Positions 19,605-28,697 of a stretch of DNA of 64,000 bases are shown here, piece by piece. Location: positions 1 through 64,000 of the IMG/VR virus record IMGVR_UViG_3300020419_000010, one strand, 5' to 3'. A model generated the notes under the pieces. That model ran no database searches and was not told the origin of the DNA. It saw only the letters and a list, made by a program, of their open reading frames with translations. The stretch is from a virus (taxonomy: Duplodnaviria > Caudoviricetes). The position numbers were made by a program, and so were the translations under genes. The first letter of the stretch is position 1. Every line of letters begins with the position of its first letter.

Positions 19605-20546
19605 ATGCCTATTGGAACCAATAAACTTATGCAACAAGGTGGTGGAGGAGGAGACTCTACACCATACATTGCTGCATCTGGTGGATCTCTCTCAACTGGT
19701 TCTCATAGTGACGCAGCAAATTTACCACTTACACTACACTCATGGCAGTCTAGTGGTACAAGCACATTCAGTATAAACGATATATCAGGTACAGGAGAAG
19801 GTATCATCTATGTATGGGCATGGGGTGGTGCAGGAGGAAATGGTGGACAAGGTGGAAATGGTGGTGGGTCTGGTGGATTCGCATTTGGAAGTTTTCAAGT
19901 AACAGCAGGACAAAGTTTTAGAGTCGCAGTCGGTGGTGGCGGTGGAAATGGTAGTGGTTGCTATGGTTGTTGGGGAGCAGGAGGAGCAGGAAGTAATGGA
20001 AGTTCATGGTGTAATGGAGGACAAGGAAGGTATGCAGGATGTCGAGGATGTTCCGCTGGTGGCGGGGGTGGCGGTGCTGGCACCGTCTTATACAATGGTA
20101 CCGAAGCATTTGGGAATATATGGTTAGTCGCTGGCGGTGGCGGTGGCGGAGGTGGTCGCGAAGGTTGCGGTGGTGCAGGACAAGGTGGTGGTGGAAATCA
20201 AAACGGTCAAGGTGGTTCGTGCAGTGCAGGAGGAGGTTCCTGTTGTGCAAACGGTGGTGGTGGAGTAGGTTCTAATGGACGCCCAGGTGGAGATCGCTCT
20301 GGCGGTGGCGGTGGCGGAGGAGGTTACGCAGGCGGTAACGTCGGTGGAGACCCAGGATGTGACTGTCATGGTGCAGCAGGCGGTGGCGGTGGATCTAACT
20401 TCGTTATTGGATCAGCGTTAGATTCAAGAACTGCTGCTGGAAACTACGGTACCGCAGGGGAATCTGGTCACTCATTCAGAAACAATGCAGGAAACAGAAA
20501 TGGTGGTACAGGTCGAATTGTTATTGGTTACGAGAGGCAAACTTAA
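19605..20546 (+). CDS. Gly/Cys-rich polyglycine-type protein, putative fibre-tip adhesin
   Basis: Repeated polyGly runs, WAWGGAGG and IWLVAGGGGGGG motifs, 11 Cys, C-terminal GRIVIGY. Confidence 0.65.
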   Translation: MPIGTNKLMQQGGGGGDSTPYIAASGGSLSTGSHSDAANLPLTLHSWQSSGTSTFSINDISGTGEGIIYVWAWGGAGGNGGQGGNGGGSGGFAFGSFQVTAGQSFRVAVGGGGGNGSGCYGCWGAGGAGSNGSSWCNGGQGRYAGCRGCSAGGGGGGAGTVLYNGTEAFGNIWLVAGGGGGGGGREGCGGAGQGGGGNQNGQGGSCSAGGGSCCANGGGGVGSNGRPGGDRSGGGGGGGGYAGGNVGGDPGCDCHGAAGGGGGSNFVIGSALDSRTAAGNYGTAGESGHSFRNNAGNRNGGTGRIVIGYERQT

Positions 20547-21124
20547 TGGAATTTACTAACATTGACAATGGTGGTGTCGACACCATCACAGACGTACAAC
20601 GTCACACACATTTCAATTTCATCATAGATATTGATAAGCAGAGTATTATGATCTCTCGCTCTATATTTCATGCACCAAATATACAGTGTCATGTTGGTGC
20701 TATCAAGAACGGTAGTAATGGATCTATTTTTACTGAATATGATAACCTTAAATATGGTATAGACATCATAAGACAGAAAGATAAGGCAAGTATCTATTCA
20801 ATTACACATGATGGTCCAACATCATCAGATCAATCATGTTTCGAGGAAATATGGATCAGTGGTTTTACTGACGGTGACCATATAGAAGAAGGCACTAATC
20901 TATATGATGCAACATTCTGGTTCTGTGAAGGCGAAGGTGCAGTCGTAGAACAGAAAATTGTATTCAATATACAACCATGTAATCATGACACCCCAGGGAC
21001 TTTTGAACGTTCATCTATAAATAAGATGATATATAACCCAGGGTATTATCCTACTGACGAAGAGTGGGAAGCACATCAAAAGTATTTGGAAGATGGGGCA
21101 ACACGTCCTATCGCTCCTAATTAG
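20546..21124 (+). CDS. Hypothetical protein in the fibre block
   Basis: 192-aa ORF coupled (TAATG) to the Gly-rich gene. Confidence 0.7.
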   Translation: MEFTNIDNGGVDTITDVQRHTHFNFIIDIDKQSIMISRSIFHAPNIQCHVGAIKNGSNGSIFTEYDNLKYGIDIIRQKDKASIYSITHDGPTSSDQSCFEEIWISGFTDGDHIEEGTNLYDATFWFCEGEGAVVEQKIVFNIQPCNHDTPGTFERSSINKMIYNPGYYPTDEEWEAHQKYLEDGATRPIAPN

Positions 21125-21147
21125 ATAAATAAAAGAAAAGGTATCAG

Positions 21148-21951
21148 ATGACGCAGTTAACAGTTGCACAAGTTAAAGACCTTAGTAATCAAGGCGGTAT
21201 GTCGTTCTCAAACGGGACGATAACTGCTAATGGTACCCTTAATGTAACTAATATTGTTATAAATGGAAATGTATCAGGTTCATCAGGTTATATTGTTCCA
21301 TCACAGTCAGGGCAATCAGGATCCTTTTTAGGTAATAACGGATCTACAATAAGTTGGGTTGGAAACTCAACAAACAAAGGTATTCCAAATGGAATCTCAG
21401 TATATAATGGTAACTCTACATGGAATAAACCAAGTGGAGTAAAAAGGATCTGGGTTAAATGCACAGGTGGTGGTGGAGGTGGTTCTGGATATGGTGAATC
21501 TGGTGCTGCTGGTGCCCATACAGAATCATTTGTTGATGTGAGTAACATCAATAGTATTTCAGTAACAGTTGGTGGTGCTGGTAGTGGTACTGGTTATAAT
21601 GGTCGTGGTGGAAATGGTGGTACATCATCATTTGGTAACTATTGTTCATCAGGTGGTGGTCAAGGTGCCAACAGACGACAACAACATGATGGTTCCACAG
21701 GTGGTAATCCCAACCAAGGTTCAGTAAGAATCTATGGTGGTTCATCACAGGGTCATAGAAACCCACCAGGGTTAGGACATGGTGGTTGTTCATTCTGGGG
21801 TGGTGCTGCACCAACATCCCATAGACAACAACAATGGGCACAGCGACATAGAGCACATGCTGCATATGGAGCAGGCGGTTCATCAGGTAGAAACAGTGAA
21901 CGTGGTGGAGACGGACGTCAAGGAATCGTAGTTGTCTACGAATTTATTTGA
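21148..21951 (+). CDS. Gly-rich tail-fibre tip protein, paralogue A
   Basis: PSQSGQSG.FL.NNG...SW linker, TWNKPSGVKRIWVKCTGGGGGG Gly-rich domain, GIVVVYEF end; GATAAATA late-type promoter upstream. Confidence 0.75.
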   Translation: MTQLTVAQVKDLSNQGGMSFSNGTITANGTLNVTNIVINGNVSGSSGYIVPSQSGQSGSFLGNNGSTISWVGNSTNKGIPNGISVYNGNSTWNKPSGVKRIWVKCTGGGGGGSGYGESGAAGAHTESFVDVSNINSISVTVGGAGSGTGYNGRGGNGGTSSFGNYCSSGGGQGANRRQQHDGSTGGNPNQGSVRIYGGSSQGHRNPPGLGHGGCSFWGGAAPTSHRQQQWAQRHRAHAAYGAGGSSGRNSERGGDGRQGIVVVYEFI

Positions 21952-21959
21952 TATAAATA
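21952..21959 (+). promoter_or_regulatory. T4 late promoter TATAAATA
   Basis: Perfect consensus followed by AGGAG and the ATG at 21984. Confidence 0.8.
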
Positions 21960-21983
21960 ACAACGAAGGAGATTTAGTACCCA

Positions 21984-22784
21984 ATGAGTACCCTCAAAGT
22001 AACATCAATTAGAGACCTATCAGGTTCTGGTGGATTAAACCTAAGTTCTGGTTCCATCACAGTGAACGGTACTCTTACTGTAAGCAACATTAATATTAAC
22101 GGAACAATAGCAGGGTCATCTGCACAGGTTATTCCGTCAGTATCAGGACAGTCAGGTAAATTCTTGACTACAAACGGTAGTACAATGTCATGGGGTACTA
22201 TCGAATCAGGTGGTGGACCAAAATCCATTTCAGTGTATAATGGTAATAGTACATGGAATAAACCGTCAGGTATCAAACGTATCTGGGTTATGTGTACTGG
22301 TGGCGGTGGCGGTGGATCAGGTTATGGTGAATCAGCGGGTGCTGGTGCACATACAGAATCCATAGTCAACGTTGAGAATATCAACTCTATCTCTGTTACC
22401 GTTGGTGGTGCGGGTGGTGGAACTGGTTACTCAGGTCGTGGTGGTAACGGAGGAACTTCATCCTTTGGTAACTACGTCTCATCTGGTGGTGGACAGGGTG
22501 CTAACAGACGTCAGCAGCATGAAGGTGCTACTGGTGGAAACCCAAACCAAGGTTCAGTAAGAATCTATGGTGGTTCTGGTCAAGGACACAGAAACCCACC
22601 AGGGTTAGGTCATGGTGGAACATCTTTCTGGGGTGGTTCTGCTCCTACATCACATAGACAGCAGCAGTGGGCACAACGTCACAGAGCACATGCTGCATAT
22701 GGAGCAGGAGGTAGTTCGGGTAGAAACTCTGAAAGGGGTGGAGACGGACGCCAAGGTATTGTTGTAGTTTACGAATTCGATTAA
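21984..22784 (+). CDS. Gly-rich tail-fibre tip protein, paralogue B
   Basis: C-terminal two-thirds nearly identical in amino acids to 21148..21951. Confidence 0.75.
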   Translation: MSTLKVTSIRDLSGSGGLNLSSGSITVNGTLTVSNININGTIAGSSAQVIPSVSGQSGKFLTTNGSTMSWGTIESGGGPKSISVYNGNSTWNKPSGIKRIWVMCTGGGGGGSGYGESAGAGAHTESIVNVENINSISVTVGGAGGGTGYSGRGGNGGTSSFGNYVSSGGGQGANRRQQHEGATGGNPNQGSVRIYGGSGQGHRNPPGLGHGGTSFWGGSAPTSHRQQQWAQRHRAHAAYGAGGSSGRNSERGGDGRQGIVVVYEFD

Positions 22785-22786
22785 CA

Positions 22787-23317
22787 ATGGGAAAAAGAGC
22801 ATTAGTCCGTGCAGACGGATTTATTACAGACATCGTTGAAGCAGGAAGCGAATTCGAGGTCTACACAGGTCCAGGGTCATCTATGAAATGGATGGATATA
22901 CCTGACGAAGCATCTAACTTATGGAAGTTAGAATTAGGAGAGTGGATTCCAGATTTTGAATACCACGACCCAGAATTAGTTCGCCAAGTAAGTTATGGCG
23001 ACCCAGGGTTGCAACTTTCTATGATCTATAATGACATCAAGAATGGTACATTAGATCAGACAGGTGAGTTTTTCACTCACATCAAGAAAGTTAAAGAAGA
23101 GTGCCCGAAAGTAGAGTATCAAGAAGTAGAAGTACTAGATGAAATGAGTGGCGAAACTCACATGGAGACACAGAAAGTGTTACCAGATGAACCATTCCCA
23201 CATGATGAATCAATGCCTGCATGGATGGGTCCAGAGGAAATGCCAGAAGAAGTACAGATAGAATTTAAGATAGGAAAATACGATCCAAAGAACGAAGAAC
23301 AAGTACCTGACGTTTAA
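22787..23317 (+). CDS. Putative tail-fibre assembly/accessory protein
   Basis: R..SY.D.G.QL.MIY.DI..G......F..HIKKVK..CPK motif seen in phage fibre-adjacent proteins. Confidence 0.5.
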   Translation: MGKRALVRADGFITDIVEAGSEFEVYTGPGSSMKWMDIPDEASNLWKLELGEWIPDFEYHDPELVRQVSYGDPGLQLSMIYNDIKNGTLDQTGEFFTHIKKVKEECPKVEYQEVEVLDEMSGETHMETQKVLPDEPFPHDESMPAWMGPEEMPEEVQIEFKIGKYDPKNEEQVPDV

Positions 23318-23325
23318 CTTACATA

Positions 23326-24894
23326 ATGCAAATTCGTAATGTACTCATTGTGGGAGGTGGTACCGCAGGATGGATGACTGCTACTGCCTTAGTGAAACTT
23401 TGCCCACATATTAAAACCAGTCTAATAGAGTCGAAAGATCAACCCATCATAGGTGTAGGAGAGTCTACCCTTGGGCAGATCAACGACTTTTTTGCGTTAT
23501 TAGACTTAAATGATGAAGAATGGATGAAGGAGACAGGAAGCACATATAAATCCAACATAAGATTTACTGATTTCTATAAGAAAGGAGAGACATGGGATTA
23601 TCCCTTTGGTAAATCTACTATTGTAGAAGATCTACCACATGGGTGGATGTCGTGGTTTGCTCTGAATATAGAGAAACCAGAGAAGTTTACAAGAGACACA
23701 TTTGCTCGATCTATGAATATCATAGGTCATCTAGCATATGCTAATAAACTTACAAGATGTGATAAGTTTCCTTTCGATCATGATACTGCATATCATATGG
23801 ACGCAGTTAAGTTTGGTCAGTGGTTACGAGATAATAGATGTCAAGAAGTAAATCATATGTATGGACACATCACAGGGTGTGTAAAAGATGAACGTGGTAA
23901 CATTGACGTATTATATGCAGGGAATAAAGAACTAAAATATGATCTGTATATAGACTGCACAGGGTTTAACTCAGTATTATTAGAAGGTATCATGGACGTG
24001 CCTTTTAAATCATTTCATGTAAATGAAGGTGGTTGTTTATTAAATGACACAGCAGTTACATGTCATATGCCACATGAACAACCACACTTGGAAGTTACTA
24101 ATACAACTACATGTACAGCAATAGACAATGGTTGGGTCTGGGACGTACCATTATGGGAGAGATCAGGGTGTGGTTATGTACACTCAAAAGATTTTGCAAA
24201 GAATCCAGAAGAAGAACTATATCAATACCTAGTTAGAAGAAGTGGTAAGTATAGGGCAGACCAAGCAAAGTTTAGGACAGTACCATTTAGAAATGGTAAG
24301 CATGAAAAAGCATGGGAGAAGAATGTAGTAGCAGTTGGGTTAGCAAACTGTTTTGTTGAACCATTAGAAGCAACAGGACTATTGACAACACATGAACAGA
24401 TCATTAGAATCTGTAACACTTTGAAAGGTAGAGAGGGATTTGTACCCAAAGTTGAAGCAGATATGCTAAACTTAGTGAATGATCTTGAAATAGAAGGATT
24501 CAAGAATTTCATTGCTGCTCATTATGCCTTTTCTGCTCGGGAAACACCCTATTGGCAAACCGTAGCAAATGATGTAGAATATGATTTTACGACTGCATCA
24601 CTAGATAATCTATTTGTTAAATATAGTTCTGAAAAGCATGTTTCCTATGAATGGTCTGGCGATCAAAACTATAATGACGGACTTAGATACATAGGAGCAG
24701 GCATGGGTTTTAATCCCCTAAATAAACATACATTGAAACTTACCCGACTACAAAATCAACTATCAGAAGCAGCGGACAAAATTGAACTTGACAAAGCAGA
24801 GTTGTTATTTGACGGTTGGAACAAAGCAATGTATCATTGGTGTGATGATCTACCCTCGTCATACGAATTCCAAAAGCAAACTATTTACAGTTAA
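23326..24894 (+). CDS. prnA: Flavin-dependent tryptophan-halogenase family protein (PrnA-like)
   Basis: IVGGGTAGW (FAD binding), IGVGEST, TYK..IRF (catalytic Lys position), IDCTGF, GWVWDVPL (WxWxIP variant), FVEPLEATG. Confidence 0.9.
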   Translation: MQIRNVLIVGGGTAGWMTATALVKLCPHIKTSLIESKDQPIIGVGESTLGQINDFFALLDLNDEEWMKETGSTYKSNIRFTDFYKKGETWDYPFGKSTIVEDLPHGWMSWFALNIEKPEKFTRDTFARSMNIIGHLAYANKLTRCDKFPFDHDTAYHMDAVKFGQWLRDNRCQEVNHMYGHITGCVKDERGNIDVLYAGNKELKYDLYIDCTGFNSVLLEGIMDVPFKSFHVNEGGCLLNDTAVTCHMPHEQPHLEVTNTTTCTAIDNGWVWDVPLWERSGCGYVHSKDFAKNPEEELYQYLVRRSGKYRADQAKFRTVPFRNGKHEKAWEKNVVAVGLANCFVEPLEATGLLTTHEQIIRICNTLKGREGFVPKVEADMLNLVNDLEIEGFKNFIAAHYAFSARETPYWQTVANDVEYDFTTASLDNLFVKYSSEKHVSYEWSGDQNYNDGLRYIGAGMGFNPLNKHTLKLTRLQNQLSEAADKIELDKAELLFDGWNKAMYHWCDDLPSSYEFQKQTIYS

Positions 24895-24896
24895 TT

Positions 24897-25379
24897 ATGA
24901 CAGTACCACCATTAGACGTAGTATTACCTGACGGAGAATCCTCAGAACTGCCCGAATTGCCTGAGCAAATTACAGAGGTAGATACTGCACAAGAAGCAGT
25001 TAAATCATTTGATGATCTCTGGTTAAATTTACGCTATCAGCATAGAGAAAAGTATAACGAATATACTGAACTACAAGCATCACTATCTGCTATGAACTTT
25101 GAGTCAGCAGAGACAAGAGTTGACTTCACTAGAATGAATGAAATGCGTGATGATATTGTTAAACTAGAAGGTGGTTTAGAAACATTAAATCTATACAGAA
25201 CCCTAGTGTTAGGAGTAGAAGCAGAACCTTGGTTAGAGATTGACATCCAAGAAAAACGTAAGAAGATTAAAGTTAGAACTAACTCTAAGTATTCTAAGAA
25301 AGGTGGAGATTATGCCAAGTATGCTAACTGGGAAGCAGATGCAACAGCAACTAATGCTGACGTAAACATTCCTAAGTAA
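24897..25379 (+). CDS. Hypothetical coiled-coil protein
   Basis: 160-aa ORF between prnA and the oxygenase cluster. Confidence 0.7.
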   Translation: MTVPPLDVVLPDGESSELPELPEQITEVDTAQEAVKSFDDLWLNLRYQHREKYNEYTELQASLSAMNFESAETRVDFTRMNEMRDDIVKLEGGLETLNLYRTLVLGVEAEPWLEIDIQEKRKKIKVRTNSKYSKKGGDYAKYANWEADATATNADVNIPK

Positions 25380-26060
25380 ATGATGAATCTTGATTATATT
25401 TTTCCCACACCAATTTGGTGGGTTGATTTAAAGATTGACGTGCAAAAAATGCAGGATATTTGTTACGAAGTAGCAAGTACTATGGAGGGTAAAGCACGAA
25501 GTAATCGGGGTGTATTGAATTATCAATCCCCTGATTTTATGGGAGAACAAGTAATCGAAGATTTAGATAATGGAACTCATGTAGATGAGTTTGGTTTATT
25601 ATTGAAAGATATTAAATCAAATGCACTAGATTGTTATAAAACATTTGGTCCAATGTCTACTGAATTATCATTTGCAAATGCGTGGATTAATATAAATGGA
25701 AATGGTGGATATAACGAGGTACATACACACCCAGGGTGCGTAATATCTGGTGTATATTATGTTAAAGTACCAAAGGAAGGTGAACCAGGGAGGATATGTT
25801 TTCACCGTGATGGTACTGATGGTTATGTATTACATAGTCTCGGTGTAGCAGAAGATATGAGTACAGCAGAAGTACCTCATACCAGTAGTACTTGGTCTTA
25901 TCCACCACAAGAAGGTAGGTTAATCTTGTTTCCTGCTTGGTTAAGTCATGGAGTTAGAGAGAATGAAACTGACGAAGATCGTATTAGTATTTCATTCAAC
26001 TTAGTTCCTAAAAGATCAAAACAAGATCTGTTGAATATTGTTAGAAACAATGCTACTTAA
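25380..26060 (+). CDS. TIGR02466-like putative 2OG-Fe(II) oxygenase (HxH type)
   Basis: IFPTPIW, WININ, HTHP, SGVYYV, LILFPAWLSHGV, RISISFN. Confidence 0.88.
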   Translation: MMNLDYIFPTPIWWVDLKIDVQKMQDICYEVASTMEGKARSNRGVLNYQSPDFMGEQVIEDLDNGTHVDEFGLLLKDIKSNALDCYKTFGPMSTELSFANAWININGNGGYNEVHTHPGCVISGVYYVKVPKEGEPGRICFHRDGTDGYVLHSLGVAEDMSTAEVPHTSSTWSYPPQEGRLILFPAWLSHGVRENETDEDRISISFNLVPKRSKQDLLNIVRNNAT

Positions 26061-26712
26061 TGTATTCCCAACACTCATACGATTCGGTACGATAACACCC
26101 TCTGAGAGCGACCTAGAAGCGTCTCTGGGCATCTTAAATGCCTATTTTGCCCTATCCAATAGAGCAGACTATGGTTTAGAATCTGGACTGTCTACTGGTT
26201 CACAACGTGGTGGTAAAGAGTTGTTCGATCATGAAGAACTAGACTGGTTGACACACCCTATCATGGTAGAAGCAGCAGACTATTGGAGGAATGATCTAAA
26301 CTATCGTAGAGACTGGCACATATATTTGGATAGTATGTGGAGTAATAAGCACAGCGAAGGAGATACTACTGGGGTGCATTGTCATAAAGGAGGTAGAGGT
26401 AAGTCAGATGTATCAGTAGTATATTATTTACAGAAACAAAAAGGTGCAGGCAATATAGAATTTAAGAATCCATTAGAACAAATATGGAGAATGTTACCAC
26501 TCAATGAAGATTATGATGATTGGGTAAGAGACGACTATTATCATCAAGGAGTACAATATGATTGGCAAGAAATAGATGCAGAATCATATAATTATATAAT
26601 ATTTCCCTCATGGTTAAAGCATAGAACTCAACCAGCAAGAGGAGATAGAATTGCTATTAGTTTTAATGTAGCGGGTTGTTCTATTGAACCAGCGGAGAGA
26701 GATTTTGAATAG
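26038..26712 (+). CDS. TIGR02466-like putative 2OG-Fe(II) oxygenase
   Basis: VFPT, WSN, HCH, SVVYYL, IFPSWLKH, RIAISFN; probable ATG at 26050. Confidence 0.85.
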   Translation: MLETMLLNVFPTLIRFGTITPSESDLEASLGILNAYFALSNRADYGLESGLSTGSQRGGKELFDHEELDWLTHPIMVEAADYWRNDLNYRRDWHIYLDSMWSNKHSEGDTTGVHCHKGGRGKSDVSVVYYLQKQKGAGNIEFKNPLEQIWRMLPLNEDYDDWVRDDYYHQGVQYDWQEIDAESYNYIIFPSWLKHRTQPARGDRIAISFNVAGCSIEPAERDFE

Positions 26713-27406
26713 ACTTATACTTCCATTTTTAAATCCTAATCTATTTGTATGTGGAGATAAACCAAAAGTATGGAGAAACGCATTACCTGACCCTACACAG
26801 TATGTGAATTGGGATACAGTTGCACATTGCTTTAATAATCCTTGGTATTATAGAACTCAGATATTAAATAAGAACGGAAGAAGATTGATGTTACCAGAGA
26901 AGTTTGAAGTCTGGTATGAGAAGGGAGTACCTCGCAAGGAAGAATTATTCGCAGCAATTAATGAAGGATATACATTTATTATTGAACAGTATGGACACTA
27001 TAATTCAGCAGTAGATAATCTATTAGAAAATATAGAATCAGTATTTGACTGTAATTGTGATGCACATATATTTGGAGCAGCAAAACCAGATAGCACATCA
27101 TTTGGTTCGCATTGGGACATACCACCAAACTTTATATGTCAGATAGAAGGAGAGACACATTGGAATGTATTTGAAGAGCGTTGTTCAGCACTCGTAGAAA
27201 TGACTGATGAACCATATCTACCTGATAAGGCAGGGCAAGAGTTAAACGTGGCATTAGATGTTACACTCAAAGCGGGAGACGTCATGTACATACCCGCTAG
27301 GACATATCATAAACCATTTCCTAGTGGTAAACGATTGAGTATGTCTATACCTTGTATGTACCCACTTGATGTAGAGAGTGATAGGAAGCAATATGTTATC
27401 GAGTAG
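26684..27406 (+). CDS. JmjC/cupin-4 (RoxA/YcfD-like) oxygenase
   Basis: SFGSHWD..NFICQIEGETHW...LKAGDVMYIP..TYH...RLSMS. Confidence 0.85.
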   Translation: MNQRREILNRLILPFLNPNLFVCGDKPKVWRNALPDPTQYVNWDTVAHCFNNPWYYRTQILNKNGRRLMLPEKFEVWYEKGVPRKEELFAAINEGYTFIIEQYGHYNSAVDNLLENIESVFDCNCDAHIFGAAKPDSTSFGSHWDIPPNFICQIEGETHWNVFEERCSALVEMTDEPYLPDKAGQELNVALDVTLKAGDVMYIPARTYHKPFPSGKRLSMSIPCMYPLDVESDRKQYVIE

Positions 27407-27947
27407 TTGTTTTCCATTGCCTGATCCTATGATGGATCAGATCGAGGAGATAGTAACCTCGCAGACATTCCCTTGGTACTTGTTAAAAGAAACAACGTTT
27501 GCTGATGAACAAGCAACACCATACGCAGGAGTATATGATAACAATAGTTTCTCTCATGTACTGGTGATGAACTATGAAGTTGTTAGTCACCAGTATGATC
27601 TATTTGAATCAGCATTAAGATTAATAGCACACAGAGCAAAGCAACCATTTACTGACATATACAGAGTCAGGTTAGGGTGTCTGTTACCTGATAACCTACC
27701 ACACCATTGCCCTCATGTTGACTTTGAAGAACCACACACCACAGCATTATATTATGTGAACAAAAGTGATGGAGACACATACTTTTTTCCTGATGAAGAT
27801 AAGTATGTCAACAAGGTAAACATACACATACCACCAGAGAGAGGTAAGATGATAGTATTTGATGGACTACAAAAGCACGCAAGTAGTAGTCCAAGCAAGG
27901 GGTACAGGATAGCACTCAATGTTAACTTCAAACCAAGGGTCACATAA
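27378..27947 (+). CDS. 2OG-Fe(II) oxygenase-like protein
   Basis: FPWY, PHVD, LYYVNKSDGDT, VFDG..KHASSSP, RIALNVN. Confidence 0.85.
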   Translation: MIGSNMLSSSCFPLPDPMMDQIEEIVTSQTFPWYLLKETTFADEQATPYAGVYDNNSFSHVLVMNYEVVSHQYDLFESALRLIAHRAKQPFTDIYRVRLGCLLPDNLPHHCPHVDFEEPHTTALYYVNKSDGDTYFFPDEDKYVNKVNIHIPPERGKMIVFDGLQKHASSSPSKGYRIALNVNFKPRVT

Positions 27948-28048
27948 TGCCTATTTTGCCCAAATTGTCTTGAATTTATGACAGTTTTGTGGTAAACTGT
28001 TTGAGTATGTGGTTAAATAAACATATACGCATAACCCAGTATGCAACT

Positions 28049-28219
28049 ATGTTTCCTAAATCCGCTATTCTGACGTCAGAGCAAAAGAAACTCGTACGTC
28101 ACGCTCTTTTTGCCTTACAGAAAGAGTATTACAATAAGATGGGAGAAATCCCACCCGCTAAACTAATCTTATTAGATGAAATTGCAACAGCATTGCACCT
28201 TAGAGATGAATACTTATGA
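28049..28219 (+). CDS. Hypothetical protein
   Basis: MFPKSAILTSEQKKLV...; in-frame ATG at 28049 after a TTAAATA late-like box. Confidence 0.6.
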   Translation: MFPKSAILTSEQKKLVRHALFALQKEYYNKMGEIPPAKLILLDEIATALHLRDEYL

Positions 28220-28697
28220 TGATTTCCTTGAAGAGGACTATCATCAAGAGTTATTGTCTATCCTCACAGGGTGGGAGTTCCCTTGGTTCTACCAGAATAC
28301 TCTAACAGCAGGCAGTCTTGACGTCTCAGCACTAGGGTTCAACCACTGGTTGAGTAATGAAAATGACCCAGAATTTTCTGAGTTAGTATTAAAAATGCAA
28401 GAGAAAGTAGGGGCAAAAGAGTGTTATAGAGCAAGATGTGACATGACAATGTATAATCCAAAAGGATATAGACATGACTTTCATACTGATGCTAAACAAC
28501 CACACCGAGTTTGTATATATTATGTGAATGATAGTGATGGAGATACTATAATAATGGGAGAGGATAATTCAATACATAGAGTCACACCCAAAGCAAACAG
28601 AATGATTACCTTTAATGGTAAACATTTACACACAGGTCACAGTCCTCAACTACATAAATGTCGTATCTTGATTAATGCAAACTACTCACTTAACTGA
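28206..28697 (+). CDS. 2OG-Fe(II) oxygenase-like protein
   Basis: YDDFL, FPWFY, HTD, IYYVNDSDGDT, HTGHSP, RILINAN; paralogue of 27378. Confidence 0.85.
   Translation: MNTYDDFLEEDYHQELLSILTGWEFPWFYQNTLTAGSLDVSALGFNHWLSNENDPEFSELVLKMQEKVGAKECYRARCDMTMYNPKGYRHDFHTDAKQPHRVCIYYVNDSDGDTIIMGEDNSIHRVTPKANRMITFNGKHLHTGHSPQLHKCRILINANYSLN

Noticed and set aside
21148-22784. Tandem fibre paralogues as a diversity-generating retroelement or invertible shufflon
   Set aside because: No reverse transcriptase or invertase in the window, both copies are intact co-oriented genes, and the differences are not adenine-specific.
26137-27961. Exact 16-nt direct repeat AATGCCTATTTTGCCC at 26137 and 27946
   Set aside because: One copy is inside a coding region; a single 16-mer repeat in 64 kb of AT-rich DNA is near chance expectation, and there is no mobile-element signature.
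28003-28014. GAGTATGTGGTT resembles a conserved 16S rRNA segment, suggesting CAACCAC leaders might pair with rRNA
   Set aside because: The match is only 12 nt and recalled from memory, and that rRNA segment is base-paired in the ribosome; this is not an rRNA gene fragment.
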